Shown here in pieces: positions 9,947-18,562 of a stretch of DNA of 64,000 nt. Each line of letters begins with the position of its first letter. The first letter of the stretch is position 1. Below the pieces are notes generated by a model. The model did not search any database, was not told the origin of the DNA, and saw nothing but the letters and a program-made list of their open reading frames with translations. The position numbers and the translations under genes were made by a program. Source of the DNA: Dehalococcoidia bacterium (GTDB lineage Bacteria > Chloroflexota > Dehalococcoidia > Plut-88900); NCBI GenBank assembly GCA_965207225.1, contig CBDBLV010000005.1:512001-576000 (forward strand), written 5' to 3'.

Positions 9947-11230
9947 ATGCGACTGGACCTCGCCTCATTCAACGCCGACCGCATCACCCTCGCCAACGAG
10001 ACCCGTCTCTCCGACGGCGAACTCCGCGTCGACGCCTCAGCCGTCAAAGCCCTTGTCTTGGAAGAAGACCTCTTTCAGGACGTAGATGTCCACGCCATCC
10101 ACCCTGGAGACCACGTCCGTATCCTCCACGCCCTTGACGTCGTCGAACCCCGACACAAGGTATCGGGCCCCGGCCAGGTGTTTCCGGGAGTCCTCGGCCC
10201 GCCCCTTTCCGTCGGTGAAGGCCGCACCCACGTCCTGCGCGGCGCCACAGTGATAACGGCGGGTGAACCCGTCGAAGGCGAACCCGTCTACTGGCGCGAG
10301 GCCATCATCGATATGTTCGGCCCGGGCGCCGACTACACACCCTTCTCCAGCACCGCCAACCTCGTCCTCGATATCAAAGCCCGCCCCGTTGGCGACGCCG
10401 ATACCAAATACGACAACACCATCATGGGCTCGGGCCACGCCGGAAAGTACAACAGGGCCGTTCGCAAGGCCGGCTTCAAGGTCGCCAGTTGGCTCGCCTC
10501 CATCACTGCGGACATGCCCCCCGACTCCGTCGAAACCTTCGAACTCACACCCGTGGACCCCGCCCTCCCTAAGCTCTTCTACGCCAGCCAGGAGTCCACC
10601 CAGTTCCTCTACGGCGAGACCATGGGCTGGCAGCCCACCCTCATCCACCCCAACGAATACGCAGACGGCGTCATATACCGCGCCTTCAACGGCCCCGCCA
10701 GCATCAGGGAGGCCTCCTACTTCTACCAGAACCACCGCGTCCTCGCCGACATGTATGCCCGGCACGGCAAGGACATCGACTTCGGAGGCGTCCTCCTATA
10801 CCCCTTCGGCCCCGAGCGCCTCGAAGAGAAGGAACGCATAACGGGCTTCGCCGCCAAGCTCCTCGACCTTATGGATGCCGACGGCGTGGTCATCTCCTTC
10901 GTGGGTGGCGGACACCCGGGCATTGACCCCATGCTCCTCTGCCAGAAGTGCGAGCAGTTGGGCATCCGCACCACCCTGATGTACCCCGAGATGGCCGCCG
11001 GCTCCTCCGATCCCGGCTTCGTCCACTTCGTCCCCGAGGCCGACGCCGTTGTCAGCGTCGGCAACTACGAGGAAATCGTCACCCTCCCCCCCGCCCTCAC
11101 CGTCATCGGCGGCACGAAGGTCCACATTTCCGATCTCGACGCCTACGGCGAGCTTCCCGTCACCATCCGACACCTCTACGGCGCCTCCAGCCCCATGGGC
11201 GACTGGAAACTGGCGGGCGTCCAGTATTAG
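9947..11230 (+). CDS. glycine/sarcosine/betaine reductase component B subunit-like protein, paralog 1
   Basis: PGDHVRI..LDVVEPR.K, GEGRTHVLRG, PTLIHPNE..DG, ADAVVSVGNY match the GrdE/GrdG/GrdI family. Confidence 0.85.
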   Translation: MRLDLASFNADRITLANETRLSDGELRVDASAVKALVLEEDLFQDVDVHAIHPGDHVRILHALDVVEPRHKVSGPGQVFPGVLGPPLSVGEGRTHVLRGATVITAGEPVEGEPVYWREAIIDMFGPGADYTPFSSTANLVLDIKARPVGDADTKYDNTIMGSGHAGKYNRAVRKAGFKVASWLASITADMPPDSVETFELTPVDPALPKLFYASQESTQFLYGETMGWQPTLIHPNEYADGVIYRAFNGPASIREASYFYQNHRVLADMYARHGKDIDFGGVLLYPFGPERLEEKERITGFAAKLLDLMDADGVVISFVGGGHPGIDPMLLCQKCEQLGIRTTLMYPEMAAGSSDPGFVHFVPEADAVVSVGNYEEIVTLPPALTVIGGTKVHISDLDAYGELPVTIRHLYGASSPMGDWKLAGVQY

Positions 11231-11244
11231 GTTTTCTCGGCATC

Positions 11245-12543
11245 ATGCGCCTGGAACTCGCCCGACACCCCATACGCGATATCCACCTCTCCGACTCCAC
11301 TCGCCTCTCCGGCGATGTCCTTCACATCTGTACCGACGACATCCGTGACATCGTCACCTCCTCCGGCCCCTTTGTTGAAGTTGATGTCCACGTCGCCCGA
11401 CCCGGCGATAAGACCCGCATAATCAACGTCCTTGACGCCGTGGAGCCCCGGCACAAGGCCTCTGGCCCGGGAACTGTCTTCCCCGGCATGGTTGGCCCCC
11501 CGGTCTCCGTAGGAAAGGGCCTCGATCACGTTCTGGATGGCATGGCCGTCGTCGCCGTCGGTGAACCCGCCCCCGGCGAGTCCGTCCATTGGCGGGACAG
11601 CGTCGTCGATATGTGGGGTGAAGGTGCTCAGTACACCCCCTTCTCCCGTACCCTAAACCTCGTCATCCACATCAAGGGCAAGTCCGACTTCAATCCCGAA
11701 GAGCTCCGCCAGCAGGCCCATCTCGACCAGATCGACGGCTCAGACTACGCTCGCGCCTACAACTTCGCCGCCCGACGCGCCATCTTCAAAGTCGCCGACT
11801 TCCTCGCCTCCTCCGCCCGGGACGCCACTCCAGACTCAACCGAGGTCCTGGAACTCCCGCCCGTCAACCCCGACCTGCCCCGCGTCTACTACGTCTGTCA
11901 GCTTCACCGAGACCGCTGGCTCTACGCCGAGAAGATGGGCTGGCAGCCAACCTTCGTCCACCCCAACGAATTGTTCGACGGAGCCGTATTTAGCAGCTTT
12001 ATGGGCCCCGGCGGCTCCCGAGACTGTTCCTATTTCTATCAGAATAGCCCCGTCACCCGACAGCTTTACCGGCGCCACGGCGTCGACCTCAACTTCGCCG
12101 GCGTCCTCCTCTGGTTCTACGGCCCCATGAGCGTCGAAGAGAAAGACCGCATTGGCAGCTACGCAACCAAGCTCCTGCGCATGGTCAAGGCCGATGGCGC
12201 AGTCCTCACCTGGATAGGCGATGGCCAGTCCGGCGTCGACGTCATGATGATGTGCCAGAAATTCGAGCAGGCCGGCATCCACACCACCGTCCTCAGCCCC
12301 GAGATGGCCCCTGGCCCCAACGACCCCGGCTTCGTCCACTTCGTCTCCGAGGCCGATGCCCTCGTCAGCACCGGCAACTACGAGATGACCGTCCACATGC
12401 AACCCCCGGACCGCCTCCTGGGCGGCACTCACCTCGCCGTCCGCCCCATCGACGCCTCCGGCCCGTTATCCCTTCCCCTCCGCTTCATCTATGGCTCCGT
12501 CAACCCCGCCGGCTTCAACCGCCTGGCAGGAGTCGGATATTAA
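11245..12543 (+). CDS. glycine/sarcosine/betaine reductase component B subunit-like protein, paralog 2
   Basis: Same motifs as paralog 1 (LDAVEPRHK, HPNELFDG, ADALVSTGNY). ATG at 11245. Confidence 0.85.
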   Translation: MRLELARHPIRDIHLSDSTRLSGDVLHICTDDIRDIVTSSGPFVEVDVHVARPGDKTRIINVLDAVEPRHKASGPGTVFPGMVGPPVSVGKGLDHVLDGMAVVAVGEPAPGESVHWRDSVVDMWGEGAQYTPFSRTLNLVIHIKGKSDFNPEELRQQAHLDQIDGSDYARAYNFAARRAIFKVADFLASSARDATPDSTEVLELPPVNPDLPRVYYVCQLHRDRWLYAEKMGWQPTFVHPNELFDGAVFSSFMGPGGSRDCSYFYQNSPVTRQLYRRHGVDLNFAGVLLWFYGPMSVEEKDRIGSYATKLLRMVKADGAVLTWIGDGQSGVDVMMMCQKFEQAGIHTTVLSPEMAPGPNDPGFVHFVSEADALVSTGNYEMTVHMQPPDRLLGGTHLAVRPIDASGPLSLPLRFIYGSVNPAGFNRLAGVGY

Positions 12544-12630
12544 CACTGCTATTGCTTCCTGATTGGATTAGACGTATTTCTGTATTTGCGTCATAATCTT
12601 TGCGTCAACGAAACAGTTGCAGGACGGCGA

Positions 12631-12936
12631 ATGATGCAAGAAAAAAAGAAAAGACTAACCCTGGACCTTGATGCACCCCTACAGCGACGCCTCAAGGCCG
12701 TCGCCGCCCTTAAGGGCGTCAGCATGAGGCAATACTGCCAGTCAGCCATCGAACAACGACTGGCTCAGGAGAAGTCGGGCGAAAAGCAGAACTCTCCTTC
12801 CTCGGACGAAGCCTTTGAGCGTCTCGTGGCTTTCAGGGAAGAAATCTTTGGTGACAGAGTGCTCCCCGGCAGTTCGGTGGATCTGATTCGGGAGGCACGC
12901 GAAATCCGAGACAAGGAGTTGGAATTCTTACTGTGA
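12631..12936 (+). CDS. ribbon-helix-helix antitoxin (VapB-like)
   Basis: KRLTLDLD...LKAVAALKGVSM RHH pattern and a C-terminal SVDLIREARE segment; overlaps the PIN gene. Confidence 0.75.
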   Translation: MMQEKKKRLTLDLDAPLQRRLKAVAALKGVSMRQYCQSAIEQRLAQEKSGEKQNSPSSDEAFERLVAFREEIFGDRVLPGSSVDLIREAREIRDKELEFLL

Positions 12937-13370
12937 ACGGCCAGGTCGTAGTGGATGCGAGTTTGGTCTTCAAATGGCTGGTGAAGGAAGAATTAACTGA
13001 GGAAGCCACTTCTCTCAGGAGATCTTGGGTTGAGCAAGATGTAACCCTCATTGCTCCATACTTCATGCTCGCCGAAGTCACTAATATTCTCCACCGTCGG
13101 GTTGTCAAGGGAGAGATCACTTTGCAGACTGGGACTGACCTGATTGACAAGCTAATCGATATGGACATCCAGCTCGTAGAGACTCACCACCTCCACCACC
13201 GAGCCCTCGAGCTCGCCTCCCAGCTAAATCAGGGCGCCGCCTACGACTCCCACTACCTCGCCCTCGCCGAGACCCTCGGCTGCGATCTCTGGACCGCCGA
13301 CCAGCGACTCCAACGCACCTCCTCCTCCCTTTCCCCGGCAGTCCACTGGCTCGGTGAGCTTATATCTTGA
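12933..13370 (+). CDS. vapC: PIN-domain toxin
   Basis: VVVDASLVFKW, AEVTN, YDSHYLALAE, LWTAD. Confidence 0.9.
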   Translation: MNGQVVVDASLVFKWLVKEELTEEATSLRRSWVEQDVTLIAPYFMLAEVTNILHRRVVKGEITLQTGTDLIDKLIDMDIQLVETHHLHHRALELASQLNQGAAYDSHYLALAETLGCDLWTADQRLQRTSSSLSPAVHWLGELIS

Positions 13371-14662
13371 AACTCGAAATCCACACTTTCACTGTCGATA
13401 ATGCACAATTCGCCCCCGAGACCCGCCTCTCCGAACACACCCTCCACATAGACCGCCAGTCCGTCATAGACCTGGTCTCCCAGGACGAACACTTCCGGAA
13501 CGTCGAACTCCACCTCGTCCACCCCGGCGAACACATCCGCCTCATCAACGTCCTCGACGTCATCGAACCCCGACACAAACCCTCCGGCCCCGCCAGGATC
13601 TTCCCCGGCCTCCTCGGCCCCCCGACACCCGTGGGCTCCGGCCGCACCGACCGCCTCACTAACCCCCTGGTCGTCGTATGCAGCGAGCCCATGACCGACG
13701 AACCCGTCTACTGGCGAGATTCCATCATGGACATGACCGGCCCCCTGGCCCCGTACAACACATTCCGTAACAACCACCTCCTCGTCCTTGAACTGAACCC
13801 CCGGCTGCTCGAAGAATCCACCGATGAGCGTGCCTCCGCCCTCAACAGCCACGCCTACGGAGCGGGCCACGTCCAGGAATACAATCACGCCGCCCGTATG
13901 GCAGGATTCAGAGTAGCCGAATACCTCTCACGCTCGGCTAACGGACCGGCTACCGACATCGTGGACACCTACCAGCTCACCCAATCCAACTCCCGACTCC
14001 CCAGGGTCGTTTTTGCCTGTCAGCTGGTCCTCCACAAGGTATACGGTGAAATCTTCGGCTGGCAGCCGACTCTTCTCCACCCCAATGAGCTGTTCGACGG
14101 CGCAGTCTACAACCCCTTCAACCCGCCCGCCTGCGGACGGGAGACCACCTACTACCTGCAAAACCACCCGGTTGTCCGCTGCCTGTACGATCTGCACAAC
14201 AGGCAGATTGACTTCGCAGGCGTCCTCCTCCAGCGGGCTCAGGTCCTCAGCCAGGACGACAAAGACCGCACCACCGACTACTCCCTGAAACTCCTCCAAA
14301 TGCTGCGCACCGACGGCCTTGTCCTCACCTGGTCCGGCTCCGGTAACCCCGGCGTCGACACCATGATGCTCGCAGCCAAGGCCGAGAAGGCGGGCATCAA
14401 GACCACCGTCGTCAACTCGGAGATGTCAAAGTACCCCGGCGATACCGGCATCACCTTCTTCCCCCCCGAAGCCGACGCCGTTGTCTGCGCCGGGAACTAC
14501 GAAGAGGAAATCGACCTGCCTCGCATCGACCACGTCATCGGCGGCTCGACCCTCGGCGCCCCTCCCCTCGACCCCCGGGGCCCCATGACCCTCTCCCTCC
14601 GCTATCTCCTCGGCGCCACCAACGTCACCGGCGCCAACACCCTCTCCAGCATCTCCTATTGA
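13367..14662 (+). CDS. glycine/sarcosine/betaine reductase component B subunit-like protein, paralog 3
   Basis: LDVIEPRHK, HPNELFDG, GSGNPGVD, ADAVVCAGNY. TTG start overlaps the vapC stop. Confidence 0.85.
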   Translation: MKLEIHTFTVDNAQFAPETRLSEHTLHIDRQSVIDLVSQDEHFRNVELHLVHPGEHIRLINVLDVIEPRHKPSGPARIFPGLLGPPTPVGSGRTDRLTNPLVVVCSEPMTDEPVYWRDSIMDMTGPLAPYNTFRNNHLLVLELNPRLLEESTDERASALNSHAYGAGHVQEYNHAARMAGFRVAEYLSRSANGPATDIVDTYQLTQSNSRLPRVVFACQLVLHKVYGEIFGWQPTLLHPNELFDGAVYNPFNPPACGRETTYYLQNHPVVRCLYDLHNRQIDFAGVLLQRAQVLSQDDKDRTTDYSLKLLQMLRTDGLVLTWSGSGNPGVDTMMLAAKAEKAGIKTTVVNSEMSKYPGDTGITFFPPEADAVVCAGNYEEEIDLPRIDHVIGGSTLGAPPLDPRGPMTLSLRYLLGATNVTGANTLSSISY

Positions 14663-14668
14663 CCAGAG

Positions 14669-15376
14669 TTATGTCTGCGATTTGTTAAGAAGTTCGGGGT
14701 CTCGCACAGTCCTGAATGTCAGTGACAAACGACGTTTCCGACCTCTCCGCCCACCAGGAGTAAGCTCGCTCTTACGAGGAGCGATCCCATGCTGCCAAAC
14801 ATGACGCGCATCTTTGGTCAAAAATGTGCACGACCCTTTTGGAAGCAGTGCTGGTGATTTGTCCTTCCAGTTCTCTGAAAAGTCCATCTCCCAGTCGTCC
14901 AATAGGGAAATCATGCATACAGTGCTGCCAAACCCTGGATGGTCAATATGTGTGGCTATCCCCTGCCCCGGCTCGTATTCATTCACAATGACTTGCTCCG
15001 GCACCCGATCAAATAGGCCAGTTTCGTCATACAGCCTTCTCGAGAGCGCGGCAAGCCACGTGGGTAACGGGCCTACACGCATGTCCGAGGTTATGGCTTT
15101 TGCCTTGTAGTCGTATAACCAACCGTAGTGTTGTACCCGACGCCGTAAATCCTCTCGCCACATATCTTCGGCAGCATCCACCTGCTTCACACATACGGCC
15201 TGTTCTTCAGGCGTCAGGAAACCCTCCCAAATTCTGAGTCCCGGGACGAGAGCTACATGCTGTAAACCCGTAAGACCGCTCACCTCACGATTGATGTGGC
15301 GCCCTGCTATAAGGATGTCAGGATCCATCTCTAGTAAGGGCAACTGGTTGCTCATGCCAAAGCCTCCTATTTTCAT
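14669..15376 (-). CDS. AlkB-family 2OG-Fe(II) dioxygenase
   Basis: RRVQHYG, VNEYEPGQGIATHID (HxD), WQHGI, RRLSLTFR. Confidence 0.88.
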   Translation of the reverse strand: MKIGGFGMSNQLPLLEMDPDILIAGRHINREVSGLTGLQHVALVPGLRIWEGFLTPEEQAVCVKQVDAAEDMWREDLRRRVQHYGWLYDYKAKAITSDMRVGPLPTWLAALSRRLYDETGLFDRVPEQVIVNEYEPGQGIATHIDHPGFGSTVCMISLLDDWEMDFSENWKDKSPALLPKGSCTFLTKDARHVWQHGIAPRKSELTPGGRRGRKRRLSLTFRTVRDPELLNKSQT

Positions 15377-16140
15377 CCTAGGTGCATCAAAGCAATTTTA
15401 GCACGCTTAGAGTCGTTTATTGGGGTTGTCGCTACTTCTACGTCTTCCAGTTCTATCTTTGCAATCTGCAAACTCTCTCGCAAAAGATCCCACCCCCTCT
15501 GGAAATCCATTGACCAATTCTTGGCGTCAACTGCCACTACAGTGCAATTGGACTTGATGTCCATCATTTTGCTGGTATGTATGATGATTTGCGTGTAGGC
15601 ACGAATGGCGTCGGAATAGTTGGACTGTGCTAGTACATGGCCAAATGTAACTATGTAATCCGACCCTTCCGGGCGATGTCGTCGAGTTGCACGCCACAGA
15701 GATTGGAGGTCGTAACAATAGTGCAAATCCGGGTAATCGAGTATGACCTTACTCAGGCGCCTCTTGATATCTGTGGCTAGGCGAATCACCTCGGGATTAT
15801 GATCGAATCCGTACATTTCCAAATTGTTAACTCCCGTGCCAGCCTCTTTGGCCCAATCCACTAATGCCCAAGAGAATTCGCCGGCGCCACAGCCAACGTC
15901 AATGTGCACATTGTGTCTGCTGCGTATTTTCAGTTGACGTAAAACCTCAGAATAGCGGCGATAACGGTAGTGTGGATGGCCATCAATACCTTCTCCGACG
16001 AAGGAGTCTGTATACTGCACCACCTCCCTGAAGCAAGCGTCTTTCGGCAATACGTGTGAGCGCATTTGAGAGGAGCGAGATATGCAAAGCTCTTTCATAA
16101 TCTCTCGTATCACGCCTTGATAGTGATCCTTAACTGACAC
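15373..16140 (-). CDS. putative class I SAM-dependent methyltransferase
   Basis: HIDVGCGAG motif I followed by MYGFD; lower-GC DNA; ATGA overlap with the AlkB gene. Confidence 0.6.
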   Translation of the reverse strand: MSVKDHYQGVIREIMKELCISRSSQMRSHVLPKDACFREVVQYTDSFVGEGIDGHPHYRYRRYSEVLRQLKIRSRHNVHIDVGCGAGEFSWALVDWAKEAGTGVNNLEMYGFDHNPEVIRLATDIKRRLSKVILDYPDLHYCYDLQSLWRATRRHRPEGSDYIVTFGHVLAQSNYSDAIRAYTQIIIHTSKMMDIKSNCTVVAVDAKNWSMDFQRGWDLLRESLQIAKIELEDVEVATTPINDSKRAKIALMHLG

Positions 16141-16322
16141 GTTTTCAAAACCTCCGGGTCCCTGTGCCTGACATGAGTAACTGTAGCTCTATAGCTCACT
16201 GGCCAGCAGTCATTTTATCAAGGCTATTCTAGCTCGGATTAAGTGGATGCTCTCTTAATCCGAGGGTGGCCCACCCCCGATACCCGTCACCCAACTCCCC
16301 CAAAACCCGTGCCAAAAACCCC

Positions 16323-16350
16323 TTGACTTCTATTACACCCGTGCTACACT
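16323..16350 (+). promoter_or_regulatory. sigma70-like promoter with extended -10
   Basis: TTGACT-N16-TACACT, with TG at the extended -10 position. Confidence 0.65.
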
Positions 16351-16356
16351 GTTTCG

Positions 16357-16845
16357 CAGTTCGAACTGATATTCAAAAATCCAAGGAGGAACCAAAAATC
16401 CAGGGAAGCCCTGAGACCCGACCCGAGAACTCAACCCCCCGGCCCACCCCAACGGCCCTCGCGCAGGCCCGAGGCACAAGCTGGGGACGTAATCCCCTCA
16501 ACACGGGTCCCGTGTCCCCTTCCCTGACCATCCAGGCGATGGAAGGTCCACAACATTAACCGGCACGGCCCTCATATAGGAGCCCTGCCGAAAAACCTCG
16601 GGCTATTACGCCCTTGGAAAAATCTCCCCCGTCGTTCCCTTCGGAGATACCCGTTAACCCAGCGACGGCAGCGAGAAAACACCCACCCACCCCTCCGAGT
16701 GGGTCGGGAAAACTGAAAAACTGGTGGCAGAGACGCCCTCAGGCGAGAACCCCTCGCTTGTCTGCCACGTGACACAGGAACACGGGGCTGAACCAGGCTG
16801 GCCTCCCGCCCCCTGAAACTGAGTCCCGGACCTTCCATCGCCGAC
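16357..16845 (+). ncRNA. candidate large structured ncRNA, family not recognised
   Basis: Directly downstream of a promoter with no credible CDS. 15-bp perfect long-range helix (16535-16549 with 16828-16842), an 8-bp closing helix (16401-16408 with 16519-16526), many internal hairpins and A-rich linkers. Confidence 0.58.
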
Positions 16846-16915
16846 CCCCTCCAAAACCCAACAGAAAAGAATGCAAACCCAAACCCCAAAACCGCATAAC
16901 TCCTCCCTCTTCCCT

Positions 16916-17032
16916 AGTATTGAACTAGAGGCAGAGGCTGGCGCTTCAGCGCCAGCCTCTGCCTCTGTTCTTCTCTCCCCCTCTCCCTTAAGGGCCCTAA
17001 GGGAGAGGGGGATCAAGGGGGAGAGGGTTCCC
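16916..17032 (+). repeat. variable-stem double-hairpin repeat, copy 2
   Basis: Same flanks as copy 1; stem GAGGCAGAGGCTGGCGCT / AGCGCCAGCCTCTGCCTC. Confidence 0.92.
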
Positions 17033-17198
17033 TTCCCGCCCCCGCACCACGCGAAATCTCCAGAAATCCCTTCAGGCGTCATTCAATCAAACCAGCTACG
17101 AGTTCAATCAATGTTCAATCAAATTTATCCCCCCCAAACCTCCCTTCCCGTTGGCATCGCCTCAACCCTTTGCCCGGCGCAGAGCGCCCCATTATTCC

Positions 17199-17227
17199 TT
17201 GACTTTTCCCCCTCCCTCTGGTACCTT
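17199..17227 (+). promoter_or_regulatory. sigma70-like promoter of the fbp operon
   Basis: TTGACT-N17-TACCTT, with extended TG. Confidence 0.55.
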
Positions 17228-17373
17228 TCCAACCGATGTGAATCCCCTGAAAGCGCACCCGTGCTTCAAGGGATTTTTTACTGTAGGCGGCAGTCCAACC
17301 ACATGGCGGACAGGGCCTGCCGCCGACAAAAACCTGACGGTTCACCACTGACGGTGGGGAAGGCTGGCGTAAC

Positions 17374-18552
17374 ATGAAACTGACCCTTTCAGTCATAAAG
17401 GCGGACGTGGGCTCCATCGGCGGGCACACTAAGCCCTCGGAGCGCATGATGGAAGCAGTCCGCTCCGACGTCCGACAGGCCAAGAGCAAGGGCCTCATCA
17501 TCGATGGATTCGTCTCCCACACGGGAGACGATATCGCGATACTCATGTCCCACACCCGTGGCCCTGACGACACCGATGTCCACCAGTTCGCCTGGGACAG
17601 CTTTATCGGTGCCACCGGCATCGCCCAGGACACCGGCCTATACGGCGCAGGCCAGGATCTCCTCGTCGACGCCCCATCCAGCAACGTCCGGGGTGCTGGC
17701 CCCGCCGTCGCCGAGCTTGAGTTTGAGCACGACCCCGTCAAGACCAACAAGGTCCGCCCCGCCGAGTCCTTCTGCGTCTTCGCCGCCGACAAGTGCGGCC
17801 CCGGTGCCTACAACCTCCCCATCTTCCTCGCCTTCGCCGACCCCATGTACTGCGCGGGCCTCATGCTCCCCAAGATGATCCAGGGCTTCAGGTTCCGCAT
17901 CATCGACATGGATAACGTCGGCGGTGACAGCATCATCGAGCTCAACGCCCCCGAGGACTACTACAAGATCGCCATCCTCCTCCGTGACAACGAGCGCTTC
18001 GCCATTGAGTCCATATATTCCAGGACCTTCGACGAGCCCGCCGTCGCCATTTCCGCCCAGCGACTCCACAACATCGCCGGAACATACACCGGCAAGGACG
18101 ACCCCGTGGCCATCGTCCGCAACCAGGGCGTATTCCCCGCCCCCGAGGAGATCCTCTCTCCCTTCGGCAAGGCTCACTTTGTCGGCGGCGACGCCCGCGG
18201 CTCCCACGTCATGCCCCTCATGCCCGTCGCCATAAACACCGCCGTCACCGGCATCTACTGTCTCCCCCTCGTCTCCTGCATGGGCTTCTCCATCGACTCC
18301 GACGGCCGCTTCTCCGAGTCCACCATCGACATGTTCGATAACGTTGCTTGGGACTCAGTCCGCTTCCGCGCCCAGGAGAAGGCCGCCGAGATGAGGTCCC
18401 AGGGCTGGTCCGGCGCTGCCATGCTCCCCTACACGGAGCTCGAATACAGCGGCTTCCGCACCGTCGTCGAAGATCTCGTCGGCCGATTCGCCATCCAGAA
18501 CGGCCAGAAGTCCGCCGAAGAGGCCGCGGCAACCATGAAGTCGGTGGGCTAG
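17374..18552 (+). CDS. fbp: fructose-1,6-bisphosphate aldolase/phosphatase (class V)
   Basis: TLSVIKADVGSIGGH, GLYGAGQDLL, YTGKDDP (Schiff-base Lys). Confidence 0.93.
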   Translation: MKLTLSVIKADVGSIGGHTKPSERMMEAVRSDVRQAKSKGLIIDGFVSHTGDDIAILMSHTRGPDDTDVHQFAWDSFIGATGIAQDTGLYGAGQDLLVDAPSSNVRGAGPAVAELEFEHDPVKTNKVRPAESFCVFAADKCGPGAYNLPIFLAFADPMYCAGLMLPKMIQGFRFRIIDMDNVGGDSIIELNAPEDYYKIAILLRDNERFAIESIYSRTFDEPAVAISAQRLHNIAGTYTGKDDPVAIVRNQGVFPAPEEILSPFGKAHFVGGDARGSHVMPLMPVAINTAVTGIYCLPLVSCMGFSIDSDGRFSESTIDMFDNVAWDSVRFRAQEKAAEMRSQGWSGAAMLPYTELEYSGFRTVVEDLVGRFAIQNGQKSAEEAAATMKSVG

Positions 18553-18562
18553 GTACCCGGCC

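Noticed and set aside
10948-11244. N-terminal extension of the 531-aa ORF
   Set aside because: Overlaps paralog 1 out of frame; alignment with the paralogs begins at ATG 11245.
9947-14662. Hidden selenoprotein (GrdA/GrdB) split by TGA near the grd-like genes
   Set aside because: The region is fully occupied by the called genes; no TGA-interrupted GrdA/B-like frame was found.
16357-16845. RNase P, tmRNA, SRP, T-box or group II intron identity for the structured region
   Set aside because: No GAGGAAAGTCC, tRNA-like ends, SRP loop, T-box sequence or domain V motif seen on either strand.
16572-17377. ORFs 16572-16889, 16654-17082 and 16871-17377
   Set aside because: They run through the structured region and a repeat; low complexity, no recognisable domain.
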